32,000 nt of DNA, from assembly GCA_031316235.1 (NCBI GenBank), contig JALDRA010000001.1:2340001-2372000 (forward strand), in the 5' to 3' direction. Source of the stretch: Candidatus Scalindua sp. Its GTDB lineage: Bacteria > Planctomycetota > Brocadiia > Brocadiales > Scalinduaceae. The notes beneath the pieces were generated by a model that ran no database searches, was not told where the DNA came from, and was given only the letters and a program-made list of their open reading frames with translations. The translations under genes were made by a program, and so were the position numbers. This document shows positions 7,358 to 16,378 of this stretch, piece by piece (the first letter of the stretch is position 1; each line of letters opens with the position of its first letter).

Positions 7358-7831
7358 TCAGAATCCATATACTGGTCGCAATTGTTCATGCGTTGGTATA
7401 TCATTGTAAGCTTCTCCTCTTGGGCCAACCCACTGATTACCGGAACGGTGTAAATATACTGGGGTAGTGCTTCCATTCGTATTTGTAATGTTTACGACCG
7501 TCGAATTCGCATCCCGATCCACTGCGTCCAATCGCCTGTTCACCGACGCATTCTGTTGTTTCATCGCGTCTTTCTGATTACCCATGACACCCCCTAAAAG
7601 ACCGCCTATGAGAGCACCGGCTATAGCACCCTCAGCCGTAGATATACCCTCAATCTTGTTTCCGGCAAGAGCACCGGTAAGAGCACCGGCTCCTGCTCCA
7701 ACTCCAGCTCCTGTTCCCGTAGCTGAACCAGGATGTTCATACACGCAGCCGGTAAAAAGTGAAAAAAGTAACCATATACAACAGCCAGATGATATATACT
7801 TTTTAAGAAGCTGTAGATTCATTATTTTCAT
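7358..7831 (-). CDS. Glycine-zipper (YMGG-like) lipoprotein
   Basis: Lipobox LFSLFTGC. Gly-zipper tract GTGAGVGAGAGALTGALAGN...GAIAGALIGGLLGGVMG. The gene sits 2 nt downstream of the EF-hand gene and is likely co-transcribed with it. Confidence 0.8.
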   Translation of the reverse strand: MKIMNLQLLKKYISSGCCIWLLFSLFTGCVYEHPGSATGTGAGVGAGAGALTGALAGNKIEGISTAEGAIAGALIGGLLGGVMGNQKDAMKQQNASVNRRLDAVDRDANSTVVNITNTNGSTTPVYLHRSGNQWVGPRGEAYNDIPTHEQLRPVYGF

Positions 7832-7833
7832 CT

Positions 7834-8304
7834 TTATTCCTCCAAATCAAATTCAAATAACTGAAGAGATCCATCATCATCGGTATCCAGAGTCTTAAAC
7901 ACGTTATCCAGTATCATCTTACTACGACGATTAGGATTTTTGAACTCCTCCAATGTCAGCTTTCCGTCCTGATTCACATCTATGCGAGTAAACATCTCAT
8001 CTCCTTGTTGACCGATTTCAACAGCATCCCATTCTTCGCGGGAGATACTGTTATCGCCATTTGTGTCGAGGTATCTGAAGGAAAACACTTCGATATAGTT
8101 AAAAAATTCTACATTTGTGATTTTTCCATCATGATCTTGATCAACTAAAGCGAAAGTATTGGCAATAACTATATCTGCATCTTTAGACGCTCGGACCTTG
8201 TGACGTTTTTTTTGTAGGGTTTTAGCGTCAACCGACATACTTGCCGCGATGCAAAGACAAACCAGAATGCCAATGATTCTCAAAATAATCAATTTATGTC
8301 GCAT
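7834..8304 (-). CDS. Secreted EF-hand calcium-binding protein (4 EF-hand loops)
   Basis: GGAGA RBS and a signal peptide. The four canonical loops are DQDHDGKITNVEF, DTNGDNSISREEW, DVNQDGKLTLEEF and DTDDDGSLQLFEF. Confidence 0.85.
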   Translation of the reverse strand: MRHKLIILRIIGILVCLCIAASMSVDAKTLQKKRHKVRASKDADIVIANTFALVDQDHDGKITNVEFFNYIEVFSFRYLDTNGDNSISREEWDAVEIGQQGDEMFTRIDVNQDGKLTLEEFKNPNRRSKMILDNVFKTLDTDDDGSLQLFEFDLEE

Positions 8305-8707
8305 GATTCTTCTCCTCTCTGAAATTCAGGCAAATGTATTAAGTAGCAAGCACTTCTGTATAACATTTACACAATCATAGACTAAATAACTTTGTTATCA
8401 ACCAATACTTTACGTTATAAGATTAAACGAAACAAAGTATAAAACCAATAAAGTCTTGCTGTTGTCGCTCATAACTTATCAGTGTCATATGGATAAAAAA
8501 CACACGACCTTTTCTTGATTACTGTACACCACCCTTTAATATATTGAAGTTGGTAACTTCGCCAGTATGATAAAACAAAAAAAAGAAGGGAAAATGCACC
8601 GGTTCCTCAGATGTTCAATCTGTAACAATCATTCGGATTACTCTAACCATTCTATCATTGATTGTCAATAGTGAACTGCTTCCCGAAAACTGATACAGTT
8701 GTAAGGT

Positions 8708-8819
8708 TATACTCATCTCATACTGGATTTCGGATAAAATCCGAGATAAAAATGAGCGAGGATACCTTCACCAGGATTTGATTTCCGGTAAAACCGAAAA
8801 CCAAATCGGTTTTAGTATA
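8708..8819 (+). repeat. Family-A repeat, copy A3 (short form)
   Basis: Full-length 112-nt match running TATACTCATCTCATACTGGATTTCGGATAAAATCCGAG...CCAAATCGGTTTTAGTATA. Confidence 0.9.
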
Positions 8820-8910
8820 GCATTACGTTATATACCTGGATTAAGAAAGAGGGAAAAACCGTTTCCGTTTCATTGAGTTGCTTGCAATGATTTAGCACTA
8901 TTTTATTTGA

Positions 8911-9052
8911 TATCCAGAGACTTGTTTCATCATAGATTTCCGCTAAAAACATGCCTGCCCGAAAAGGTACCCGTTCGAACGGAGGAGCCGGGCGGAAATG
9001 ACAGCTTTGATGCAATAGATTAAACGCGCAAAAACCTAACCGGACGTTACTG
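8911..9052 (+). mobile_element. Family-B MITE, copy B1 (left end truncated)
   Basis: Shares TATCCAGAGAC.TGTTTCATCATAGATT.CCGCTAAAAACATGC and the right TIR GCAAAAACCTAACCGGACGTTACTG with B2. No left TIR is present. Confidence 0.75.
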
Positions 9053-9097
9053 ATTATAGATAAGAAAATGAGACAAGGAAGGATAGTTTGAGAATTC

Positions 9098-9150
9098 ACA
9101 AAATGTGTAACTCCTCTCGCCCTATCGGTTCCCGCCGTTACACATTTTGT
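9098..9150. promoter_or_regulatory. 14-bp inverted repeat ACAAAATGTGTAAC / GTTACACATTTTGT with 25-nt spacer
   Basis: The arms are perfect complements. The repeat lies in the long ORF-poor spacer, upstream of a TTGACA hexamer at 9195. Confidence 0.4.
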
Positions 9151-9194
9151 ATTGTACATTAAGTAATGCATCTAAAAAATAACAAAAAATGGTC

Positions 9195-9222
9195 TTGACA
9201 AACCCAGCTACCGTATTATACC
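9195..9222 (+). promoter_or_regulatory. Weak sigma70-like promoter candidate
   Basis: TTGACA (9195-9200), a 16-nt spacer, then TATACC (9217-9222). The -10 lacks the final T, so support is low. Confidence 0.25.
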
Positions 9223-9422
9223 CTACTATGTGGTTTTTTTAACGCAATATATCTTCTCCATTTTCGTGTACTATTTGAAAAATAATCAATTAGCTGCCGT
9301 TTCGGGTAAGGACAAGTTACGCGAGTTATGCATCATCGAAGAGTGTATCAGATTACATACGTTGCCGTCAGTTGAAAGCATCAGAAAGAGAGAAGTCGAT
9401 TGGGAGAAAGTTTATAAAAATT

Positions 9423-9588
9423 CAGTAGTGTCCGGTTAGGTTTTTGCCTAGACGACTTTTGTCATACCCGAACGTCTTTATCGGGTATCCAGAGACTCGT
9501 TTCATCATAGATTCCCGCTAAAAACATGCGGGAATAACAGTTTTTGGGCAATAAATTAAATACGCAAAAACCTAACCAGACACTGTTG
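9423..9588 (+). mobile_element. Family-B MITE, copy B2 (complete, 166 bp)
   Basis: The left TIR CAGTAGTGTCCGGTTAGGTTTTTGC is the near-perfect reverse complement of the right TIR GCAAAAACCTAACCAGACACTGTTG. A perfect 9-bp direct repeat ATAAAAATT flanks it (9414-9422 and 9589-9597). There is no ORF. Internal hairpins are ATACCCGA...TCGGGTAT and ATTCCCGC...GCGGGAAT. Confidence 0.9.
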
Positions 9589-9634
9589 ATAAAAATTAAC
9601 CTTTTTAAGAGTTCAGAAATGGAGAAAAATACCC

Positions 9635-10183
9635 ATGAGAGAGATGACAGAACAGAATATGATTAATGCTTTTGGTGGTGAAAGTCAGGCCTTCATGCGC
9701 TATACCCATTTTGCGGATCTAGCCGATAGTGAAGGCTATCCGAATGTTTCTCGATTATTCAGGGCAATTGCCCATGCAGAAACGATTCATGCGAGAAGCC
9801 ATTATGAAACGTTAAAATATTTGAACGGTGGCTTTGTGGCGAATAGTGCCGCTACGTTTGGCCCTGGTGAAACGAAGAAAAATCTGGAACTTGCTATTAT
9901 GGGGGAAGAGTTTGAAATCAATGAGATGTACCCTGTTTTTATTGAAGTTGCAAAATTTCAGAATGAAAATGATGCCCAACTGAGTTTTGAAAGGGCTTTT
10001 GGAACAGAAAAAATGCATAAAAAACTGTTTGATAAGGCGAAAGAAGCAGTTAATAACAACAGTGATCCAAAACTTGACGCAATCCAGGTATGTTCCGTTT
10101 GCGGCTACACTTTGGAGGGTGATGCTCCTGATACGTGCCCTCTTTGTAACGCTACCAAAGAAAAATTTGAAACATTTGTTTAA
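9635..10183 (+). CDS. rbr: Rubrerythrin
   Basis: The ferritin-like di-iron domain (E..ESQAFMRY...AHAETIHA...EEFEINEMYP...EKMH) is followed by a C-terminal rubredoxin-like motif, CSVCGY...CPLCN. Confidence 0.9.
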   Translation: MREMTEQNMINAFGGESQAFMRYTHFADLADSEGYPNVSRLFRAIAHAETIHARSHYETLKYLNGGFVANSAATFGPGETKKNLELAIMGEEFEINEMYPVFIEVAKFQNENDAQLSFERAFGTEKMHKKLFDKAKEAVNNNSDPKLDAIQVCSVCGYTLEGDAPDTCPLCNATKEKFETFV

Positions 10184-10280
10184 AACGAGTCACGTAGGGG
10201 AGGCAATGCCTGTCGCCATTTATAATTTATAGTGAGACGAGAAATTTAGAAGGTGTGAATTATGGAAATGTGTCAACATA

Positions 10281-10299
10281 GTCCGGTCAGGTTTTTTCG
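10281..10299 (+). repeat. Possible solo family-B TIR fragment
   Basis: GTCCGGTCAGGTTTTTTCG resembles the B left TIR core GTCCGGTTAGGTTTTTGC. The match is short. Confidence 0.3.
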
Positions 10300-10495
10300 T
10301 AATAAGTTATTGACAAAATAAATCCTGGGTTACATTTATTCACCCGGACATTTCTGTGATCGCCTCAAGAGCTTCTTCCGGGAATATAAGCCTCAAAAAA
10401 CTGAAACTCTCCGGAACTTCGAGTATATTCCGGTATTGTTTCGTTCAATCTCAGATGATATCGAACTTCTTCAACCTGTGAGAAATTTGAAGCAT

Positions 10496-11104
10496 TCAAT
10501 TCTTAAGGGTTTTCTCCCTCATACTTTGAATCAGCAAATTGAAAGGTGATTTCATCAGGAAACTGTTAAATTGGCTACGATAATTGTTTACGAGACTAAC
10601 CCCTTCAATGGTAACATCATAAATCTGTAATTTTCCATCGTTGTTTGTCAGGCTGAAGTCAACGGCGAGTGCTTTTCCTGCGCCTGCAATAAAATTGGTC
10701 TGGACTTTATAGTATCTACCGTCCTGCCTTTCCCGTAAAAACTCTACCCTTTCGCCGGAATAGGTATCTGTTTTCTCTAAATAACTGCTTTTAACAAGTT
10801 CGGTAAATAATTCCACATACTCCTTTATTTCTTCAGGAGAGCGGTCTTTCCAGTACCGGCCGAGTGCCCTCTTCGCCATCTCTTCCATATTAAAGATAGA
10901 CCTGATCTCCTCCCATAATTTTTTCCTGCGTTCCGGTGCCTTATCTTTCCCTGCCAATGAGGGGTCTTTAATGATTTGTAAGCCGTTTTCAATGGTCTGC
11001 TTGACAAGGTCTCCCGCCTCTCCCGCCCATACAAAGGTTGATGTTACGGACATCATGATGAATAGAGCGACAGTAATGGTAAATATTTTTTTCCTGTTCT
11101 TCAT
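10496..11104 (-). CDS. mlaC: Phospholipid-binding periplasmic protein MlaC (Ttg2D family)
   Basis: A signal peptide is present. The motifs ALGRYWKDRSPEEIKEYVELFTELVKSSY and YDVTIEGVSLVNNYRSQF are typical of MlaC. It is the last gene of the mlaEFDC cluster. Confidence 0.85.
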   Translation of the reverse strand: MKNRKKIFTITVALFIMMSVTSTFVWAGEAGDLVKQTIENGLQIIKDPSLAGKDKAPERRKKLWEEIRSIFNMEEMAKRALGRYWKDRSPEEIKEYVELFTELVKSSYLEKTDTYSGERVEFLRERQDGRYYKVQTNFIAGAGKALAVDFSLTNNDGKLQIYDVTIEGVSLVNNYRSQFNSFLMKSPFNLLIQSMREKTLKN

Positions 11105-11156
11105 GTCTTGAATTCCTTTTATTTAAATTGTCTGGGTAAACACAGCTTTCTTCATA

Positions 11157-11295
11157 TATACTAAAACCGATCTGGTTTTCGGTTTTACCGGAAACCAGAT
11201 CCTGGTAAAGGTATCCCCGGACAAAAAACGCCGAGGACTTTACTCGCTCCGCTTTTACCCGGATTTTATCCGAAAACCATTATGAGATGAGTATA
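11157..11295 (-). repeat. Family-A repeat, copy A4 (long form with 27-nt insert), between mlaD and mlaC
   Basis: The reverse complement reads TATACTCATCTCATAATGGTTTTCGGATAAAATCCGGGTAAAAGCGGAGCGAGTAAAGTCCTCGGCGTTTTTTGTCCGGGGATACCTTTACCAGGATCTGGTTTCCGGTAAAACCGAAAACCAGATCGGTTTTAGTATA. Confidence 0.9.
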
Positions 11296-11392
11296 CATAA
11301 GGGTACTTCAATTATACATGCCCTGAAATTTCAGGAATCATTTTGCAATTTTATCGCTGCCATCAAAAACCAGACCGGGGCTATCATCCAGA

Positions 11393-11842
11393 TTATTCAA
11401 CCCTTCCGAAGGCAATATTTCCTATCAACTTCTTCAAATCAACAGGTGGTACTGTCTCACGTATCATACCTCCCGGTTGAATTATCACATCTGACCCGCC
11501 AGGTGAGAGATCGACATAGGCATCTCCCAGAAGTCCCATGGTGTTTATGGAGGCAATACAGTCATCCTGTAATTCAATACCGTTTCGAATTTTCATGGTA
11601 ACTACGGCCTCATAATTATCAAGGGTGATACTGGTAACCATGCCCACACTGACGCCTGCTATTTTAATCTCAGTATCTTTTTTCAACCCTGTGGCTGAGC
11701 TGAATATCGCCTTTACCTCATACGTATTATTACCCATGCCAAGAAGATTAATCTTTCCAAGATAGACAGAGATATACGCAAGACAAAGCAGTCCGGTTAT
11801 AATAAAGATTCCAACACTGATTTCAACACCAATCTTTTTCAT
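11393..11842 (-). CDS. mlaD: MCE-domain protein MlaD
   Basis: An N-terminal TM helix is followed by an MCE domain (YEVKAIFSSATGLKKDTEIKIAGVSVGMVTSITLD). It sits in the mla operon. Confidence 0.85.
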   Translation of the reverse strand: MKKIGVEISVGIFIITGLLCLAYISVYLGKINLLGMGNNTYEVKAIFSSATGLKKDTEIKIAGVSVGMVTSITLDNYEAVVTMKIRNGIELQDDCIASINTMGLLGDAYVDLSPGGSDVIIQPGGMIRETVPPVDLKKLIGNIAFGRVE

Positions 11843-11871
11843 AATTATTCTCTTTCTGTCATCACATTATG

Positions 11872-11983
11872 TATACTAAAAACGATCTGGTTTCCGGTTT
11901 TACCGGATACCAGATCCTGGTGAAGGTATACTCGCTCAAATTTATCTCGGATTTTATCCGAAATCCAGTATGAGATGAGTATA
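11872..11983 (-). repeat. Family-A repeat, copy A5 (short form), between mlaF and mlaD
   Basis: Full-length copy. Its M1 end (11983) abuts the mlaF stop codon (11984-11986). Its M2 end is 29 nt from the mlaD ATG. Confidence 0.9.
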
Positions 11984-12739
11984 CTATATGGATATGGGGC
12001 CTTCCAGTTCCCCGTGGATAAACTGATGTATAACAGGGTCTTTTGAATTCTGTATTTCCTCCGGAGTACCTTCGGCAAGAATCTCTCCATTATATATCAT
12101 GGCAACCCGGTCTACTAGAGAAAAGATGGCAGGTATTTCATGCGTTACCATGATTGAGGTAAATTTAAAACTCTTCTGGCATGATCTTATCATAGTATGA
12201 ATTGCTTTGCCAGTTAAGGGATCAAGGCCTGTTGTCGGTTCATCAAACAGGATGATCTCAGGGTTCATAACCAGGCAACGGGCAAGCGCTACCCTTTTTT
12301 TCATGCCCCCGCTTATTTCAGCCGGATACTTGTTTTCCGCACCTGACAAACCTACCGCTGCCAGATCTTCACGTACCGTTTTCCTGATTTGTAAAGCCTT
12401 CATCCTTGTTTTTTCTCTGAGCGGAAAGGCCACATTTTCAAAGACCGTAAGTGAATCAAAGAGGGCTCCACCCTGAAAGACCATACCAAATCGTTCTTTC
12501 AGCCGTTTAAGTTTCCGGCCTCTGAGTTTACTGATATCCTCACTGTCAATTAATATCCTGCCGCTATCCGGTTTAAGCAGACCAATTATGTGTTTTAACA
12601 GCACTGATTTACCACTTCCGCTGCCTCCTATCAAAGCCAGGGATTGCCCGTTATCAACCTTCAGGTCAACACCGCGGAGAATTTCCTGCCCGTTAAAACT
12701 CTTACGTAGATTCATTACTTCAATCATCTCAGGCAACAA
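11984..12739 (-). CDS. mlaF: ABC transporter ATP-binding protein MlaF
   Basis: Walker A GGSGSGKS, signature ISGGMKKRVALAR, Walker B ILFDEPTTGLD. The start could instead be the ATG at 12727. Confidence 0.9.
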   Translation of the reverse strand: MLPEMIEVMNLRKSFNGQEILRGVDLKVDNGQSLALIGGSGSGKSVLLKHIIGLLKPDSGRILIDSEDISKLRGRKLKRLKERFGMVFQGGALFDSLTVFENVAFPLREKTRMKALQIRKTVREDLAAVGLSGAENKYPAEISGGMKKRVALARCLVMNPEIILFDEPTTGLDPLTGKAIHTMIRSCQKSFKFTSIMVTHEIPAIFSLVDRVAMIYNGEILAEGTPEEIQNSKDPVIHQFIHGELEGPISI

Positions 12740-13520
12740 GAATAGACGTGAGAAAATAATTCCATATCAATATGCTGACAGAAGAGAGGACGACAGCCTG
12801 TGTTGTTGATTTGCTTACGCCTTCTGCTCCGTATCCGGTAAAATATCCTTCGTAGCAGCTTATCCATGTTATGAGCATTCCAAAACTTAAAGATTTATAT
12901 AACCCTTCAAGGATATCTGCACCGGTAACAAAATCTGTGATATTTCCAAAATAGGTCCCGGGAGATAAGCCCATGAGCCCTACACCCACGCTGTATCCAC
13001 CCCAGACTCCTACAAAGACGAAAATAAAATTTAAGAGCGGGAGTGATAGTATGCCCGCAATAAGGTTAGGGATTATGAGGTATTTATATGGATTGAGCGC
13101 CATGGTATCCAGGGCGTCAATCTGCTCGGTTATTCTCATTATGCCGATCTCAGCCGCCAGGGCAGAGCCTGCCCGCCCGGTAACCATCAAAGCACAGATA
13201 ACTGGTCCTAATTCCTTTATCAGTGACAATGCGACTATTGGGCCCAGCCTGGATTCAGCGCCAAATTCGGACAAGGTGAAAAAGATCTGCAGGGCAAGAA
13301 CCATCCCGGTAAAGGTTCCGGTCAGCAGGATTACGAGTGTTGTCTTCACACCGATAAAATTGATCTGCCTGATAACTCTTCCGAATAAGTAGGGCGGGAA
13401 GGGAATCCAGAATACGGCCTCGGAGAGAAATATTCCCATCCTTCCTGTTTCCCGGATTACAAAGATAACAAAGGCCCCAATTATTCTAAACGGAGTAAGT
13501 ATTTGAATCATTGATGACAT
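12729..13520 (-). CDS. mlaE: ABC transporter permease MlaE
   Basis: A 263-aa polytopic membrane protein. The block GPVICALMVTGRAGSALAAEIGIMRITEQIDALDTMALNP is typical of MlaE/Ttg2B. It overlaps the mlaF start. Confidence 0.9.
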   Translation of the reverse strand: MSSMIQILTPFRIIGAFVIFVIRETGRMGIFLSEAVFWIPFPPYLFGRVIRQINFIGVKTTLVILLTGTFTGMVLALQIFFTLSEFGAESRLGPIVALSLIKELGPVICALMVTGRAGSALAAEIGIMRITEQIDALDTMALNPYKYLIIPNLIAGILSLPLLNFIFVFVGVWGGYSVGVGLMGLSPGTYFGNITDFVTGADILEGLYKSLSFGMLITWISCYEGYFTGYGAEGVSKSTTQAVVLSSVSILIWNYFLTSILVA

Positions 13521-13612
13521 ACAATTTTCCCCAGTACCTTAATTAAACCATTAAATATGAGAGCTGTCAAGTTGGGCAAATGACTTACCGGTCTTCCCTA
13601 AACCTGTTGAGA

Positions 13613-13724
13613 TATACTAAAACCGATTTGGTTTTCGGTTTTACCGGAAACCAAATCTTGGTGAAGGTATACTCGCACAATTTTATCTCGGATTTTATCC
13701 GAAAACCATTATGAGATGAGTATA
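13613..13724 (-). repeat. Family-A repeat, copy A6 (short form), between xfp and mlaE
   Basis: A full-length 112-nt copy, lying 64 nt after the xfp stop and 92 nt before the mlaE ATG. Confidence 0.9.
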
Positions 13725-13788
13725 AAATTGATCGCAATTGCAACCGGCAATAATCCTGTAACGCGGGTTATTACCAGAGCAGTGTTCC

Positions 13789-16161
13789 TTATTCCTCATT
13801 CCACTTCCATTCCCAATTCCGAATTTCCGGCATGTCCTGCCCGTGTTTTGATATATACTGCTTATGTTCAATAATTTTATCGCGTACGAACTGCCTGGTA
13901 TAGGCGGCTATATATCCGAGTTTCGGCACACGGTCAATGACGTCTGCCACGAGGTGAAAACGGTCCAGATCGTTGAGGACAACCATGTCAAACGGTGTTG
14001 TGGTTGTGCCCTCCTCCTTGTATCCTCTGACATGGAGATTTTTGTGATTTGTCCGCCTGTACGTCAATCGGTGAATGAGCCATGGGTATCCGTGATATGC
14101 AAAGATGATGGGTTTATCCGTGGTAAATAACACATCGAAGTCCCTGTCCGATAGACCATGCGGGTGTTCTTCCCTTGACTGGAGAGTCATGAGGTCAACA
14201 ACATTGATTACGCGTATTTTGAGGTCCGGCACCTGCTGACGGAGCAGATCTACGGCAGCGAGAGTTTCCAGAGTAGGAATGTCACCGGCGCATGCCATTA
14301 CAACATCCGGCTCAGTCCCCCTGTCATTGCTCGCCCATTCCCAGATGCCGATTCCATACGTGCAATGCTTAATGGCGGCATCCATGTCAAGCCACTGCTG
14401 CTGCATCTGCTTCCCCGCTACAATTACGTTGACAAAATCACGGCTCCGGAGGCATTTGTCCGTTACAAATAGTAATGTGTTTGCGTCAGGAGGAAGGTAT
14501 ACGCGGATGATGTCCGCTTTCTTGTTACAGACATGATCGATAAAGCCCGGATCCTGATGGCTGAATCCATTATGGTCCTGACGCCAGACATGTGAAGTGA
14601 GAAGATAATTGAGTGACGCGATCGGGCGGCGCCAGGGTATCTCTTTTGACGTTACCTTAAGCCATTTGGCATGCTGGTTAAACATTGAGTCCACAATGTG
14701 GATAAATGCCTCGTAGCTGGAGAAGAGGCCGTGACGTCCGGTAAGCAGGTAACCTTCAAGCCAGCCCTGGCAGGTATGTTCGCTGAGGATTTCCATCACC
14801 CGGCCGTCAGGGGCAAGATGGTCATCTTCCGGTATGGTCTTTTCCATCCATGTGCGGCCTGTCACTTCAAAAAGAGCTCCGAGCCGGTTGGATTCCGTCT
14901 CATCCGGGCCGAAGATCCGGAAATTCCTGGACTCTAGGTTGAGTTTCATAATGTCCCGTAAAAAACGGCCCATGATTCGTGTGGCTTCCGCCATAGCCTG
15001 ACCCGGCCTGGGCACTTCCACCGCATTGTCCCTGTAGTCAGGCATTTTCAGACTTTTAAGGAGAAGTCCACCGTTGGCATGAGGATTGTCTCCCATGCGC
15101 CTTTTCCCCTTGGGGGCCAATTCAGCCAGTTCTGGCTTCAGTTGCCCGCTTTCGTCAAAGAGCTCTTCCGGTTTATAACTCTTCATCCAGTCCTCAAGGA
15201 GTTGTACATGATCCGGCCTGTTAACCATCTCAGAGAAAGGAACCTGGTGCGATCTCCAGAAATCCTCTGTCTTTTTCCCATCCACCTCTTTTGGCCCCGT
15301 CCAGCCTTTGGGTGATCGCAGTATGATCATAGGCCAAATGGGACGTTTCATAACGCCTTCTGAACGGGCGTGGGCCTGGATCGACTGTATGTCGCCAATC
15401 ACCGTATCCATGGTTGAAGCCATCAGCTCATGCATCGCCTCCGGTTCTGAGCCCTCTACAAAATAGGGTTTATAACCGTATCCGATAAATAATTTCTCAA
15501 GCTCCTCCTTTCCGATCCTTGCAAGGATCGTTGGATTCGCTATCTTATAGCCGTTCAGGTGCAGAATAGGCAGGACAGCGCCATCCTGAGCGGGGTTGAG
15601 GAACTTGTTTGAATGCCAGGCAGCAGCGAGAGGACCGGTCTCAGCTTCGCCGTCTCCGACAACACATGCAACTATCAGGTCAGGATTATCGAAAGCCGCT
15701 CCGAAGGCATGGGATACGGCGTAACCAAGCTCACCTCCTTCATTAATAGAACCGGGTGTTTCCGGTGCCACGTGGCTGGAAATTCCACCCGGGAAAGAAA
15801 ACTGTTTAAAGAGTCTTCTCATACCATCCGCATTCTGTGAAATGTTAGGGTAGGTTTCACTGTACGTGCCTTCAAGATAGGTATTTGCAACCATGGCGGG
15901 GCCTCCGTGACCGGGCCCGGCTATATAGATCATATTCAAATCCTGTTCCCTGATTACACGATTGAGGTGAACGTAGATAAAATTAAGTCCCGGAGTAGTT
16001 CCCCAATGTCCCAGAAGCCTGGGTTTGATATGTTCCAGTGTAAGAGGTTCTTTCAGGAGCGGATTATCATAAAGATAGATCTGGCCGACAGAAAGATAAT
16101 TTGCTGCACGCCAGTAGGCATTAATACGTTCCATCTGTTTGTGAGGAAGCGGGTTTTTCAT
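13789..16161 (-). CDS. xfp: Xylulose-5-phosphate/fructose-6-phosphate phosphoketolase
   Basis: The ~790-aa protein contains [33 protein letters not shown] and GDGEAETGP (ThDP motif), which are diagnostic of phosphoketolase. The start was chosen at ATG 16161 (MKNPLPHK), preceded by AAGGA. Confidence 0.92.
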   Translation of the reverse strand: MKNPLPHKQMERINAYWRAANYLSVGQIYLYDNPLLKEPLTLEHIKPRLLGHWGTTPGLNFIYVHLNRVIREQDLNMIYIAGPGHGGPAMVANTYLEGTYSETYPNISQNADGMRRLFKQFSFPGGISSHVAPETPGSINEGGELGYAVSHAFGAAFDNPDLIVACVVGDGEAETGPLAAAWHSNKFLNPAQDGAVLPILHLNGYKIANPTILARIGKEELEKLFIGYGYKPYFVEGSEPEAMHELMASTMDTVIGDIQSIQAHARSEGVMKRPIWPMIILRSPKGWTGPKEVDGKKTEDFWRSHQVPFSEMVNRPDHVQLLEDWMKSYKPEELFDESGQLKPELAELAPKGKRRMGDNPHANGGLLLKSLKMPDYRDNAVEVPRPGQAMAEATRIMGRFLRDIMKLNLESRNFRIFGPDETESNRLGALFEVTGRTWMEKTIPEDDHLAPDGRVMEILSEHTCQGWLEGYLLTGRHGLFSSYEAFIHIVDSMFNQHAKWLKVTSKEIPWRRPIASLNYLLTSHVWRQDHNGFSHQDPGFIDHVCNKKADIIRVYLPPDANTLLFVTDKCLRSRDFVNVIVAGKQMQQQWLDMDAAIKHCTYGIGIWEWASNDRGTEPDVVMACAGDIPTLETLAAVDLLRQQVPDLKIRVINVVDLMTLQSREEHPHGLSDRDFDVLFTTDKPIIFAYHGYPWLIHRLTYRRTNHKNLHVRGYKEEGTTTTPFDMVVLNDLDRFHLVADVIDRVPKLGYIAAYTRQFVRDKIIEHKQYISKHGQDMPEIRNWEWKWNEE

Positions 16162-16378
16162 GGTATTTTCCTTATCTAAAGTTGAGTTTTGGGCATTTAT
16201 TACCATTGGTAACAGTCAGCTGAATCTCTCTGGTCGGGGCTGGTTTGCATCAAAGATATAATAGCATGTTTTTTTTATGATGAGAAGGACAATTTATTTT
16301 TCATATCCGGCTGGTTGTAATTCTCCCCATACTCCATACAGCGCTGTTATCGTAGGCGGTGAGTCAGGATGAGAGCCG

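Noticed and set aside
8960-8985. GGTACCCGTTCGAACGGAGGAGCC as a tRNA T-arm
   Set aside because: It lies inside MITE copy B1. No acceptor or anticodon arms can be built around it.
8812-9439. ORFs 8812..9171(-) and 9230..9439(+) as genes in the long spacer
   Set aside because: Both run through repeat copies (A3, B1 and the B2 TIR). They have no RBS or family resemblance, so they are most likely fortuitous translations of repeat DNA.
11185-11240. The 27-nt long-form insert (…GTCCTCGGCGTTTTTTGTCCGGGG…) as an intrinsic terminator
   Set aside because: The T6 run is not preceded by a convincing GC-rich hairpin, because CCTCGGCG has no upstream complement within the element.
11845-12090. ORFs translated from family-A DNA (11845..12090-, 11287..11601+, 17006..17290-, 30828..31031+, 30920..31141-)
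   Set aside because: The reading frames are not conserved between repeat copies. Frames and stops differ from copy to copy, and the ORFs overlap well-supported genes.
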